A stretch of 64,000 bases of DNA from a virus (lineage: Duplodnaviria > Caudoviricetes): positions 1-64,000 of IMG/VR virus record IMGVR_UViG_3300022906_000002; one strand, given 5' to 3'. The translations under genes were made by a program, and so were the position numbers. Below are positions 1-9,568 of this stretch, one piece after another (positions within the stretch are counted from its first letter, which is position 1; every line of letters starts with the position of its first letter). Under the pieces are notes generated by a model. The model was not told the origin of the DNA, did not search any database, and worked only from the letters and a program-made list of their open reading frames with translations.

Positions 1-971
1 ACGCCATCTATTGCGGCGATTCGCTGGAAGTCATGCCAACCCTGCCGTCAGGGTCGATTCACCTCTCGGTGTACAGCCCGCCGTTTTTCGGTTCAACGAG
101 CGGACTGTACCAGTATTCCAGCAGTCCGAACGATCTGTCGAACGCCAGAAGCCGCGGCGAATTCTTTGAGCACTACGGCTTCGTGGTGGACGAGATTCAC
201 CGCCTGACGATGCCCGGCCGAATGACCGCTGTTCACTGTATGGACGTGCCATCCGGCAACTCCGGCAACGATCATTTGATCGACTTCCCGGGCGACATCA
301 TCCGCCTGCACGAAGAGCGCGGATTCCACTACGTTGCACGCTATGCGGTATGGAAAGAGCCTCTCGCCGTGCGAAACCGGACGCTCACCAAGGCGCTCGC
401 TCACAAGACGATCGTAGACGACTCTTCGCGCTGTACGGTCGCGAGCGCCGACTATCTTCTCGTATTCCGAAAGAAGGGCGACAACCCGGTGCCGATCGCG
501 CACCCGACCGGGTTGATGGGTTATGCCGGATCCCGCGAGATCCCGCGCGAACTACTCGGCTATCGCGGATGGACAGGAAAGCAAACCGAGAACCGCTACT
601 CTCATTGGATCTGGAGGCAGTATGCAAGCGCCTTCTGGGATGACGTTCGGATCGATCGAGTTCTACCTTACAAACCGGCGCGCGACCAGGAAGACGAAAA
701 ACACGTACACCCCTTGCAGCTGGACGTGATCGAGCGCTGCGTTATCTTGTGGAGCAACCCTGGCGAGAACGTTCTAACTCCGTTCATGGGCGTTGGTTCG
801 GAGGTCTACGGCGCTGTGCAGGCTGGTCGTCGCGGAATCGGTATCGAGTTGAAGCTCTCCTACTACCGACAGGCCGTGAAAAATATGGCCGCGGCTGGCG
901 CGCCCGAAGATGAACAGCCGGACCTCGGATTCGAGATGCTTGAAGCCCGGCCGGAATCAGGACTGGCATGA
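1..971 (+). CDS. N4-C/N6-A DNA methyltransferase (beta class), 5'-partial
   Basis: The frame is open from the window edge (AIYCGDSLEVM). Motif IV SPPF precedes HPLQ and motif I VLTPFMGVGS...GIGIELK. Confidence 0.9.
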   Translation, partial: AIYCGDSLEVMPTLPSGSIHLSVYSPPFFGSTSGLYQYSSSPNDLSNARSRGEFFEHYGFVVDEIHRLTMPGRMTAVHCMDVPSGNSGNDHLIDFPGDIIRLHEERGFHYVARYAVWKEPLAVRNRTLTKALAHKTIVDDSSRCTVASADYLLVFRKKGDNPVPIAHPTGLMGYAGSREIPRELLGYRGWTGKQTENRYSHWIWRQYASAFWDDVRIDRVLPYKPARDQEDEKHVHPLQLDVIERCVILWSNPGENVLTPFMGVGSEVYGAVQAGRRGIGIELKLSYYRQAVKNMAAAGAPEDEQPDLGFEMLEARPESGLA

Positions 972-1459
972 CCGCCACCGACTACACACTCACCAAGGCC
1001 CACGCCGAACAGATCGCCGACCTGGTCCATCTTCCGCTTGACCTCCGACGCAAATTGATTGAGAAGATCGCGCGCAACTTCGGCCCGTACGGGATTCAGG
1101 AGATGTTAGCGCAGTTCATCGGGCTTGCGAATTCGGTGACCGCGAACAACCGGTCGATGCTCGAACGGGAAGCGATCAAGGCGGGAGCAGCCACCGCGGA
1201 AGAAGCGCCGCGGATCAATTCGCCGACGATCGCCGGGGCAATCCAGGGCGCGATGCTGGCGGACGGGATCGAGGCGGACGGACGCTGCTCGGAATGTGCA
1301 TTCCGCTTAGGCTCGCCCGCAAACCAAAGCGACACCGCTTACTCGGCGGCCGAGTGCGTTCGGGAGGGCGAGCCCTTCTGGTGCCACGTTCCGGGGCGCG
1401 CAGGGGTTCGGGCGCGGAAGGTCTGCGCGGGGTATCGGGCGGCGCGGAAGGGCGGTTGA
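968..1459 (+). CDS. hypothetical protein with Cys/His cluster
   Basis: ATGA overlap with the MTase; CSEC...FWCH...VC. Confidence 0.6.
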   Translation: MTATDYTLTKAHAEQIADLVHLPLDLRRKLIEKIARNFGPYGIQEMLAQFIGLANSVTANNRSMLEREAIKAGAATAEEAPRINSPTIAGAIQGAMLADGIEADGRCSECAFRLGSPANQSDTAYSAAECVREGEPFWCHVPGRAGVRARKVCAGYRAARKGG

Positions 1460-1485
1460 CTTCCCTTGCATCCATCTAGTACCAT
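1456..1485 (+). promoter_or_regulatory. sigma70-type promoter
   Basis: TTGACT-18-TACCAT upstream of the RHH/cca/nucleotidyltransferase genes. Confidence 0.6.
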
Positions 1486-1494
1486 AGAGAAGTC

Positions 1495-1662
1495 ATGAAA
1501 AACATAGACTTGGTTGGCCTTTCCGTCCTGCTCCCCCGCGAGCTACGCGACAACTTTCGCCAGAAGCTTGGGCGAGAGTCTCGCAAGGCATCCCCGCTGA
1601 TTACCACCTGGATTCAAAACTTCGTCGCGACCGGCGATCCGTCCGGCAAGGTGCCGTCGTGA
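1495..1662 (+). CDS. small ribbon-helix-helix-like DNA-binding protein (55 aa)
   Basis: Translated by hand: MKNIDLVGLSVLLPRELRDNFRQKLGRESRKASPLITTWIQNFV. GTGA overlap with cca. Confidence 0.55.
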   Translation: MKNIDLVGLSVLLPRELRDNFRQKLGRESRKASPLITTWIQNFVATGDPSGKVPS

Positions 1663-2930
1663 GGTTCTGCCGTTACTTGGTCGGCGGAGCCGTCCGCGAT
1701 CACCTGCTCGGCAAGGCCCCGGCCGATCGAGACTTCGTCGTCGTCGGCTCGACGCCCGAAGAAATGGATGCGCTCGGATTCAAGCCGGTCGGCGCATCGT
1801 TCCGGGTCTACCTCGATCCCGAGACGGGCGAAGAGCACGCGCTCGCGCGGCGGGAGCGAAAGATCGCCCCGGGCCATCGCGGCTTCGAGATCGAGTTCGG
1901 GCCGGAGGTCACGCTCGAAGAGGATCTCTCGCGGCGCGACCTAACCGTCAACGCAATCGCGATGGACCCGGAAAGCGGCGAGATCTTCGACCCTCTCGGC
2001 GGGCGAGCGGACCTGGAATCGAAAACGCTACGCGCGGCGAACCCGTCCGCCTTCGCCGATGATCCGGTTCGCGTTCTGAGGCTCGCTCGATTCGCGGCGA
2101 CGCTCGGTTTCGAGATCGAGGCTGAGACGCTGGCGCTTGCGCGGGTGGCGGTCGAAGGCGGAGAACTGGCGAGCGAGCCCGGCGAGAGGATCTACCAGGA
2201 GGCAACGCTGGCGCTGACGAAATGCTCGACTCCGAGCGTCTTCTTCCGCGTCCTCGAAGCGGCCGGAGCGCTCGCCGTGGTTCTTCCTGAACTTCACGCG
2301 TTGATCGGCGTCGAGCAGCCCGCGCACGGCCATCCGGAGGGCGACGCCTTCGAGCACACCATGATGGTGATCGATGCCGCGGCGCTTGGCTTGCCGGAGG
2401 TGGCTTGGGCCGCGCTCTGTCACGACTTCGGCAAGGCGCTCACTCCGCGCGAAGAGTGGCCCGCGCACCACCGGCACGAGAAGCGGGGGCTGGTACCGAT
2501 CGAGGCGGCGCTGCGGCGATTGAAGGCGCCGAACGAGGTTCTCGACTTCTCGCTCTCGGCCTGCCGCCACCATATGCGGATGCACCGCTGGCGAGAGCTG
2601 CGGGCGGGGACCGTTCTGGAGATCGTCGCGGAGTTCGGAGGGTTGCGCGGATGGAGCGGCGTCGCGAAATTCCTCAAGGTGTGCGACGCCGACACCGCGG
2701 GCCGGGACTTGCCAGAGGACGGCGCCGAGCTTCGAGACCGCGAGCGGTTCTTTCTCGAAGCGCGGCACCGGGCGGCGTCCGTTCTCGGCAAAGAGATCCT
2801 CGCAAGGGCGGCCGAGAGCGCCGCTCGCCGCGGAGTCCCGGCAAAAGCTCCTGGCGCCTGGGTTGGCGATGCGCTGCTCGCGGCTCGCATTCGGTCGATC
2901 GGTTCGATCTCTCGGGAGGTTCCGGCATGA
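1659..2930 (+). CDS. cca: tRNA nucleotidyltransferase (CCA-adding, class II) with HD domain
   Basis: YLVGGAVRD...DRDFVV, EDLSRRDLTVNAIA, DDPVRVLRLARFAA, HPEGDAFEHT, ALCHDFGK. Confidence 0.93.
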   Translation: MRFCRYLVGGAVRDHLLGKAPADRDFVVVGSTPEEMDALGFKPVGASFRVYLDPETGEEHALARRERKIAPGHRGFEIEFGPEVTLEEDLSRRDLTVNAIAMDPESGEIFDPLGGRADLESKTLRAANPSAFADDPVRVLRLARFAATLGFEIEAETLALARVAVEGGELASEPGERIYQEATLALTKCSTPSVFFRVLEAAGALAVVLPELHALIGVEQPAHGHPEGDAFEHTMMVIDAAALGLPEVAWAALCHDFGKALTPREEWPAHHRHEKRGLVPIEAALRRLKAPNEVLDFSLSACRHHMRMHRWRELRAGTVLEIVAEFGGLRGWSGVAKFLKVCDADTAGRDLPEDGAELRDRERFFLEARHRAASVLGKEILARAAESAARRGVPAKAPGAWVGDALLAARIRSIGSISREVPA

Positions 2931-3865
2931 GCAGCAAGGTGCAACATCTCGCGTTGAAGGGGCTAGTCTCGCCGCCGCCGTGGCTCCCGTCGAACGTGCA
3001 TTACGAAGCAGTTATGGGTTCGATGGCCTATGGTGTGGCCGAGAACGATTCAGATATGGACGTTTATGGTTTCGCGATCCCTCCCAAGACGATGATCTTT
3101 CCGCACTTGGCCGGCGAAATCGAAGGGTTCGGAACAAAGCTCCCGCGCTTCGAAGTCTGGCAACAGCACCACATCAAAGAACAGGACGCGCTCGGCGGTC
3201 GCGGTCGGGAATACGACTTCCAGATCTTCGGCATCGTGAAGTTCTTCCAGTTGTGCATGCAAAATAACCCCAACATGGTTGACGCCCTGTTTGTCCCGGG
3301 AAACTGCTTACTCCATTGCACCCGCCTCGGTCAGCGCGTCCGAGACCGGCGGCGAGACTTTCTACACAAAGGGAGCTATCACCGCTTCCGAGGCTACGCG
3401 CATGCGCAGCTCCACAAAATGCGCGGCGACCGCGACCGGCCGGAAGGTAAGCGCCGGGAGTCGGTTGAAAAGCACGGATTCGACGTGAAGTTCGCCTATC
3501 ACGTGGTCCGGCTCTTGGACGAAGCGGAACAGATCCTTGAAACCGGCGATTTAGTTCTCGGCCGCAACCGCGAGATCCTGAAGGAGATCCGGCGCGGCGA
3601 ATGGACCGAGGATCGAGTGCGGGAGTACTTCGCGGCGCGGGAGGATCATCTCTCGAATCTGTACCAGGACTCGAAGCTACCGCACGGGCCTGACGAAGGC
3701 GCGATCCGAGCGCTGCTTATGGAGTGCCTCGAAGAGCACTTCGGCTCGCTGGCGGCGGCCGTGGTGACTCCGGGCGCGGCCGAGCGGGCTTTGCGGGAGA
3801 TCGCGGCGAGTATGGAGAAGTACGAACTCGCGGCGGCGGCGTTGCCCGCGCTGGCGGAGCCGTGA
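2927..3865 (+). CDS. Pol-beta superfamily nucleotidyltransferase (RlaP/YcgL-like)
   Basis: GSMAYG..NDSDMD motif, NNPNM, FDVKFAYHVVRLL. ATGA overlap with cca. Confidence 0.85.
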   Translation: MSSKVQHLALKGLVSPPPWLPSNVHYEAVMGSMAYGVAENDSDMDVYGFAIPPKTMIFPHLAGEIEGFGTKLPRFEVWQQHHIKEQDALGGRGREYDFQIFGIVKFFQLCMQNNPNMVDALFVPGNCLLHCTRLGQRVRDRRRDFLHKGSYHRFRGYAHAQLHKMRGDRDRPEGKRRESVEKHGFDVKFAYHVVRLLDEAEQILETGDLVLGRNREILKEIRRGEWTEDRVREYFAAREDHLSNLYQDSKLPHGPDEGAIRALLMECLEEHFGSLAAAVVTPGAAERALREIAASMEKYELAAAALPALAEP

Positions 3866-4203
3866 CCGACCCCGACTTCGACCTCCCCGGACTAGTCGAA
3901 GCGCTCGTCGCTAAGCGCGACGCCGACGGTCTCACGTGGCGCCAGGTAGCCGCGCAAGCTCGGGTTAGTGCGTCCACCTTGACGCGGCTACAGCAGGGCG
4001 CGTGGCCGGACTTGCGGACGTTTTCGCGGATCGTGCGGTGGCTCGGGGTGTCGCCGGAGGACTTCTTACCGGGCGAGGGCAGCGAGTCCGGGTTCGCGGT
4101 GGCGGCGCGAGCGATTCGGGAGGACGGCGATCTGACGACGGCCGAGTCGCTGGCGATCGTGGCGATTCTTCGGGCGGCGTACGGACTAGCGAGTCGACCA
4201 TGA
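3862..4203 (+). CDS. XRE-family HTH regulator
   Basis: LTWRQVAAQARVSASTLTRLQQG..PDLRTFSRIVRWLGV. Confidence 0.85.
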   Translation: MTDPDFDLPGLVEALVAKRDADGLTWRQVAAQARVSASTLTRLQQGAWPDLRTFSRIVRWLGVSPEDFLPGEGSESGFAVAARAIREDGDLTTAESLAIVAILRAAYGLASRP

Positions 4204-4475
4204 AGCGCGGAGTCAACGGCGAGATGTACCGGCCGGTCACCATGGCCGAAGTCCTGTCCCGGCTACGCGCAGACTACCGGCCGGTGCGTGCAGAGAGTCT
4301 CGGCGGCGATCTATGGCCCCACCTGGACGGACGGGGACCCTCGCGCAGCGGCCCGTCTTCGTGCGCCGTGGCCGCTACGTACATGCTCGGCCGGCTCCGG
4401 GCGCGTGGCCAGGTCGAGCAGTTGCGGGACCGGACGTGGCGGGCGGTTCGTGGTCCGGTGAAGCTCTTGACGTAG
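4200..4475 (+). CDS. hypothetical protein (possible winged helix)
   Basis: ATGA-coupled ORF; LGRLRARGQVEQ..RTWRA. Confidence 0.5.
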   Translation: MKRGVNGEMYRPVTMAEVLSRLRADYRPVRAESLGGDLWPHLDGRGPSRSGPSSCAVAATYMLGRLRARGQVEQLRDRTWRAVRGPVKLLT

Positions 4476-4495
4476 CGAGCGGATAGCGGTACGAT
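4467..4495 (+). promoter_or_regulatory. sigma70-type promoter of the replication operon
   Basis: TTGACG-17-TACGAT, followed by an AGGAG RBS. Confidence 0.7.
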
Positions 4496-4528
4496 AGCGC
4501 CTAGTATTTACTCTAGGAGAATTCCCGG

Positions 4529-4714
4529 ATGTTCGATCCTTCTATGCTCCCGGAACCCGGCGCCGACCGGCGCTCGAATCAGCAGACGGTGTTCCTGACG
4601 AAGCGGTCTGCGGCGAAGCTGGCGGAGTTGGCGAAGTCTCGCGGCGAGCCTCCCGGCCGGGTCGCGGGGCGCATTCTGGAGGTGGCCCTCGGGTCAGATA
4701 GCGAGGCGGCGTAA
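4529..4714 (+). CDS. small RHH-like protein
   Basis: QQTVFLTKRSAAKLAELAKSRGEPPGRVAGRILE; AGGAG upstream. Confidence 0.55.
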   Translation: MFDPSMLPEPGADRRSNQQTVFLTKRSAAKLAELAKSRGEPPGRVAGRILEVALGSDSEAA

Positions 4715-6013
4715 ATGGGCGCCGACGGCGGAGGCGACAAGCCTCCCCGCCCCGCGCGCGACGTCTACCGCAAGGTTTCGCGAAGAATGTGGTCCGACGC
4801 CAAGTTTATGGCGCTCTCGGGTCCGCAGCCCAACGGTCAATCCCTCTTAGTCCATCTCTTGACCGGCCCCCATACCGGGATGATCCCCGGCCTTTCCGTG
4901 GCCGGGCAGGCGCAACTCGCCGAGCAACTGGGGTGGGATCTTGGGTCGGAAGGGTTACCGGAAGGGTTACGTCAAGGGTTGCCCGGAGGGTTGCCGGAAG
5001 GGTGCGCCGACGGTATGCCGGACGGGTTCCGGCAGGCGTTCGCAGAAGTGGCGCATCAGGGCATTGCGGTAGCCGACTGGAAGGCTCGCCTGGTCTGGCT
5101 TCCGAAGGCCGTTTACCACAACGAGCCGGAGTCCCCGAACGTCGTCAGGTCGTGGCGTTCAGCGTGGACGGAGATCCCTGAGTGCAGCCTTAAGCACGTT
5201 GCGTGGCAGGGACTTAGGGCGTTTATGGAGGCGCGCGGTGCGACGTTCCTGGAAGCCTTCGACGAAGCCTTACCGGAACCCTTCACGGAACCGTTACCCG
5301 CACCCTTACCGCCACCCTTGGGCGAATCAAGAACAAGAACAGGAACAGGAGTAAGAGCAGTTACAGGACCTTCTCCTTCCAAGGTTCTACCTAAAAAAGT
5401 AGACGGCCTACTCCTCCTCGCGCCGGACCCGAGTGCCTCGGGCTCCGCCGCCCGGACAAAGGTTTCGCCCGGTGAACTTTTCGAACTGGGCCCGGAAACG
5501 GACAGGATGACCGATCCGGTGGAGTACTGGTTTCCGATCGCGGGCGACGAGCCGCCTAAGCATTCCCCGCACGGCCCGTGGCGACGCAACGCGGCCGGTG
5601 CTTTCGAGTGGGGGCTCCGGAGATCGCAGGTTCTGAAGCTCGCCGAACTGTACCCCGGCGTCGGCGAAGGCGGAGAGGCCGGCGTCCGGCTAGAGATCGC
5701 TCGATGCCAGGACTGGAATGTCGAAAACCCGAGCCGGCGGAAGACCTACCCGCGCGGGCAGGGCTCCGGGGTCTGGGAGCACTTGAAGCGCTGGCTTGGG
5801 GATAAGCATGGCAAGGGCGGGCCGGGTGGCAACGGTAACGGCACCAACGGCCACGCCAACGGAGTCTCCGGCAAATACGGCGTGACCGACGCCATGCGTC
5901 TTGCCGCCCGCGGGGACATGGGCCGTCACCCCGAACTCGACGCACGGGCCGCAGACATTCAGCAGCGGATTATAGACGAACGCAAGCGTCAGGAGGCAGC
6001 ACGTGGAAATTGA
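4715..6013 (+). CDS. phage replication initiator (O-like)
   Basis: YRKV..RMWSDAKF..LS...LLTGPHT..IPGL N-terminus; internal iteron-like repeats; upstream of the loader and helicase. Confidence 0.75.
   Translation: MGADGGGDKPPRPARDVYRKVSRRMWSDAKFMALSGPQPNGQSLLVHLLTGPHTGMIPGLSVAGQAQLAEQLGWDLGSEGLPEGLRQGLPGGLPEGCADGMPDGFRQAFAEVAHQGIAVADWKARLVWLPKAVYHNEPESPNVVRSWRSAWTEIPECSLKHVAWQGLRAFMEARGATFLEAFDEALPEPFTEPLPAPLPPPLGESRTRTGTGVRAVTGPSPSKVLPKKVDGLLLLAPDPSASGSAARTKVSPGELFELGPETDRMTDPVEYWFPIAGDEPPKHSPHGPWRRNAAGAFEWGLRRSQVLKLAELYPGVGEGGEAGVRLEIARCQDWNVENPSRRKTYPRGQGSGVWEHLKRWLGDKHGKGGPGGNGNGTNGHANGVSGKYGVTDAMRLAARGDMGRHPELDARAADIQQRIIDERKRQEAARGN
4949..5370. repeat. two opposed 12-bp-period arrays plus a purine-rich 6-bp array (putative origin)
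   Basis: 7x GAAGGGTTRCCG-like units (4949-5032), 6x GAACCCTTACCG-like units (5252-5323), then CAAGAACAAGAACAGGAACAGGA. Confidence 0.65.
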
Positions 6014-6680
6014 ACCGACCGCCGCGCCGGCACCGTATCCCTGGAACTGTTCGGCTTGCGGGAAGCCGCAGAGGACCGGCAAGGCGGGATTCGACGACCT
6101 CAAAGGGCTTTGCTACGACTGCGACGAAATCCAGCGATACACGCCGACCCGCGGGCAGATCGCCGACTACGCGGACGTTCCTCCCGCCTACCGGCGCGGA
6201 GCGTTCAAGGAGCCGGCGGCGTGGCCGGTCGAGCTTCTCCGCGGCGGAAACCTCGCAGAATGGAAGGGCAAGCCCTGGTCTGTGGTTCTGACGGGCGACG
6301 CCGGGGCCGGAAAGACGACGCTCGCCACCGAAATGTTCTACCGCGCGGCGGTTGCCGGGATGCGCCCCGACGGCTGCCTGTGGATTCGCGCATCCCAGCT
6401 CTCTGCGGCGCTCGACGGCCCCGACCGGGAGCGCTGGCGGATTCGCGCCAACGAGGCGCGCGTCGCCGTCTTCGACGACCTCGGCAGGGAATTCAGTTCC
6501 GGTGGAATTCTTCGGCTTGTCGAAATCCTCGCCACCCGCTTTGACTACCAGCGGCCGACGATTGTCACGACGAACATGCCGTTCGTCGGCCGGGGCGGGA
6601 TCGACCAGCTCGACGCCGGACTGTTTCGCCGACTCTCTGAGGGCTATCTGGTCGAGATGACGGGGAGCTGGAGGCCGTGA
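6003..6680 (+). CDS. DnaC/IstB-like AAA+ helicase loader
   Basis: N-terminal Zn finger, Walker A GDAGAGKTT, VFDDLGRE, PTIVTTN. Confidence 0.85.
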   Translation: MEIEPTAAPAPYPWNCSACGKPQRTGKAGFDDLKGLCYDCDEIQRYTPTRGQIADYADVPPAYRRGAFKEPAAWPVELLRGGNLAEWKGKPWSVVLTGDAGAGKTTLATEMFYRAAVAGMRPDGCLWIRASQLSAALDGPDRERWRIRANEARVAVFDDLGREFSSGGILRLVEILATRFDYQRPTIVTTNMPFVGRGGIDQLDAGLFRRLSEGYLVEMTGSWRP

Positions 6681-8128
6681 GCGGAACCAACGGCACGAAC
6701 GGCAAGGCGAGCGGCCGGAGCATGGCTGACGTTCTCGCGCCGTTCCCCGGGCACGCCATGGGCGCGCTCGGCCCGAACAGCGAAGAGGCGGAGCGTGCCG
6801 TTTTGGCCGGGTTCCTTTTGGAGAACGGCTACATTGCGAACTTCTCGCTAGAGCCAAGGCTCTTCTACGGCGAGCGGCACCAGATCCTCTATGCGGCGAT
6901 GGCCGAACTGTGGGAGGAGGGCGAGCCGATCGACCTGCGAACGATGCAGGCGAGGCTCGAAGAGAAGGCGCTTTTCGAAAAGGCGGGCGGAATATCCTAC
7001 CTCGCGAACCTAGATCTCGACCTGCCGGACCTCGGCCGGCTCGACTCCTACGTCGGGATCATCAAGGATCGAGCGTTCCGCCGGGACTACATGAACGAGG
7101 CGACGCGCATGATCCGCGCGGCGAACGACGGGACGAAAGACCAGGCCGCGCTCATCTCGGCGCTACAGACGGCGATTCTGAAGCTCCAGAGTAAAACGGA
7201 GGCACGGACGGACGACTTCAAGCCGCTCGGGCCGGAGGCCGCAGCACTTCTCGACGAAATCGAGGCGACCGCGCCCGGGCATTCGCCCGGGGTGACGACC
7301 GGATTCGCCCCGATCGACACGCTCACGAACGGAATGTCGCCCGGGAAGTTTTGGGTTCTCGGTGGCCGGCCGGGTGCGGGAAAGACGGCGTTCGCCTTGA
7401 ACGTGGCGATGAATCAGGCGGAGGCGGGAATTCCGGTATCGTTCGTGTCGCTCGAAATGAGCATCCGCGGGCTGGTAGTTCGCGTGCTGTCGAGCGGGTC
7501 CGGGGTGAGGTCGCGCCGGTTTCTGCGCGGCTATTCCGACGCTATGGAGCGGGATAGCATGCGGCGGTTCGTGAAGCAGGCGGAATTCCTGCCGCTGTAC
7601 ATCAACGACCAGCCGGCGCAGAGAATCGAGAAGATCGGCAACTTTGCCCGGGCGCTGGTCGCCAAGGGCATGTGCCGCGTTTTGATGCTCGACCACCTCC
7701 GGCACATCCTCTGCGAAGCGATGCGGAGCCGGACAGAGGAGATCGCCTTCATCACCCGGTTCCTTGTGGGGCTCGCGAAAGAGCTGGATATCACGGCGGT
7801 ACTCTTGGCGCAGCTGAACCGAAACATCGAGCACCGGGGGCCGGACGCGATCCCGATTCCCTCTGACTTCGAGGGCGGCGGCTCGATCGAGCAGGACGCG
7901 GACGTGATCGCGTTTCTTCACCGCGACCAGACGAAAGACGTCGCGGGTACTCACGTCGGATCGCACTTCATCGCCGCTAAGAATCGGGACGGCGACACCG
8001 GCCGTCCGCCGAAGGAAAAAGGGATCGCGCCTGACGGGCCAGACCTCATTTTTGACCGCAGCACCACGACGTTCTTTCTTCCGGCGCCAGAGGTTGACGC
8101 GTCCGGATCTTGGGGAGGTGAGCAGTGA
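6677..8128 (+). CDS. dnaB: replicative DNA helicase
   Basis: EAERAVLAG, GRPGAGKTAF, VSLEMS, AQLNR, GSIEQDADVI, AKNRDG. Confidence 0.95.
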   Translation: MSGTNGTNGKASGRSMADVLAPFPGHAMGALGPNSEEAERAVLAGFLLENGYIANFSLEPRLFYGERHQILYAAMAELWEEGEPIDLRTMQARLEEKALFEKAGGISYLANLDLDLPDLGRLDSYVGIIKDRAFRRDYMNEATRMIRAANDGTKDQAALISALQTAILKLQSKTEARTDDFKPLGPEAAALLDEIEATAPGHSPGVTTGFAPIDTLTNGMSPGKFWVLGGRPGAGKTAFALNVAMNQAEAGIPVSFVSLEMSIRGLVVRVLSSGSGVRSRRFLRGYSDAMERDSMRRFVKQAEFLPLYINDQPAQRIEKIGNFARALVAKGMCRVLMLDHLRHILCEAMRSRTEEIAFITRFLVGLAKELDITAVLLAQLNRNIEHRGPDAIPIPSDFEGGGSIEQDADVIAFLHRDQTKDVAGTHVGSHFIAAKNRDGDTGRPPKEKGIAPDGPDLIFDRSTTTFFLPAPEVDASGSWGGEQ

Positions 8129-8442
8129 GCGCGAAGAGGGTGGCACTGGAGTGCGTCCGCGCGGAATGCCGCGGCCTCCGCGGGATTTCAGAGACGGTGA
8201 TCTACGCAGAAGCCATGAGCCGGCTTGCTGCGGACATGGATACTCCGACCCGATGGATCGAGGATTCGCTTAAAGCCCTGAAAAATCTCGCCGCGGCAAC
8301 CGGGTCCGATCGCGAGACGGCGACCGCGGAATTCCTGGCGCGGGCGGGCGAGCTGTTCGGCGAAGCGGCGAAGGCACTGCGGGCGGCGGGCGAGCCGGAA
8401 TATTTCAAGGCGGCCGCGATGTCCGGGAAGGGGATCGAATGA
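8125..8442 (+). CDS. hypothetical protein
   Basis: Coupled ORF with a GGAGG RBS. Confidence 0.55.
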   Translation: MSAKRVALECVRAECRGLRGISETVIYAEAMSRLAADMDTPTRWIEDSLKALKNLAAATGSDRETATAEFLARAGELFGEAAKALRAAGEPEYFKAAAMSGKGIE

Positions 8443-8933
8443 GCGACGCGGTGTTCTGGTCAGAAGTCGAGCGATGCGTTGAAGACGGAGAGACGGTCGT
8501 TGTCGCCAGAGGGCGGAATCTGCGGGGACCGGAAGCGCCTGCGGGCGGCACCGATGAAGGCTTACGGCAGACAATCGGGCTACGCGCGGCGTCCCTTGGC
8601 GAGTTGCGGGCCGAGCTGGTCAAACGGCGGAATCGATCGCGATCTGCCGAATGCGCGGCGGTAATCGATGAAGTTCTCGGCTTGATCGAAGCGGGCGACG
8701 AAGAGCGGCGGGATGCGGTTCGGTATCGGATCGTGCGGGAGTTCACCCCGGACGAATACCTGGAGCTTCGGGAAGAGATATACAGCTTGGAACTCGGATT
8801 CGATGCACGCTTCGACGCGGCGGTCGAGGCTAGGGCGGAAAAGGCCATTGGCCGGACTTTCGATCAGGAAATTCACCGGCTCGCGAGCTTGGAAGTCGCG
8901 GAGGCGACGTTCGCAGGAGCGGGGTCGGCGTGA
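8439..8933 (+). CDS. hypothetical protein
   Basis: ATGA/GTGA coupling on both sides. Confidence 0.55.
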   Translation: MSDAVFWSEVERCVEDGETVVVARGRNLRGPEAPAGGTDEGLRQTIGLRAASLGELRAELVKRRNRSRSAECAAVIDEVLGLIEAGDEERRDAVRYRIVREFTPDEYLELREEIYSLELGFDARFDAAVEARAEKAIGRTFDQEIHRLASLEVAEATFAGAGSA

Positions 8934-9568
8934 AGCTGCGGGCGCTTGATCTGTTCTGCGGAGCCGGTGGGGTATCGGAAGGACTCCGTCGCGCGGGGTT
9001 TGAAGTGACCGGCGTCGATCTCGCCGAGCAGCCTAGATACCGCGGCGGTGTCTTCGTCCAGGACGACGCGCTCGAATACCCGCTTGGAGGCTTCGACTTC
9101 ATATGGGCCAGCCCGCCTTGCCAGGCGCACACCGCGCTCCGGAGCGTGACCGGCGGCCGCGAGTATCCCGACCTGATACCAGCAACCCGGGATCGGCTTC
9201 AAGGATCGGGCATTCCGTGGGTGATCGAGAACGTGCCGGGCGCCCCGCTGCGCCACGGCTTCATGCTCTGCGGTCAATCGTTCGGCCTGAAAGTCTATCG
9301 ACATCGCCTCTTTGAGCCTTCGTTCGGAGTGCTTTCGCCGCCGTGCCCGGGACATCCGGAAGCGGTCCCGAAGGCCGGTCGCGGGCCGAGTCCCGGAGGC
9401 TACATCTGCGTTACCGGAAACACTGTCGGAGCGGTTGAATTCGGCGGCCCAGCAATGGGCATCGACTGGATGAATCGGCGCGAACTCTCTCAAGCGATCC
9501 CGCCAGCGTATGCCGAATGGATCGGCTGGCATGCGGCAGAGCACATTCTTGCTAAGAGGGGCGTGTGA
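8930..9568 (+). CDS. short C5-cytosine DNA methyltransferase
   Basis: LDLFCGAGG, WASPPCQ, IENV, RHRLF, QAIPPAY. Confidence 0.88.
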   Translation: MKLRALDLFCGAGGVSEGLRRAGFEVTGVDLAEQPRYRGGVFVQDDALEYPLGGFDFIWASPPCQAHTALRSVTGGREYPDLIPATRDRLQGSGIPWVIENVPGAPLRHGFMLCGQSFGLKVYRHRLFEPSFGVLSPPCPGHPEAVPKAGRGPSPGGYICVTGNTVGAVEFGGPAMGIDWMNRRELSQAIPPAYAEWIGWHAAEHILAKRGV

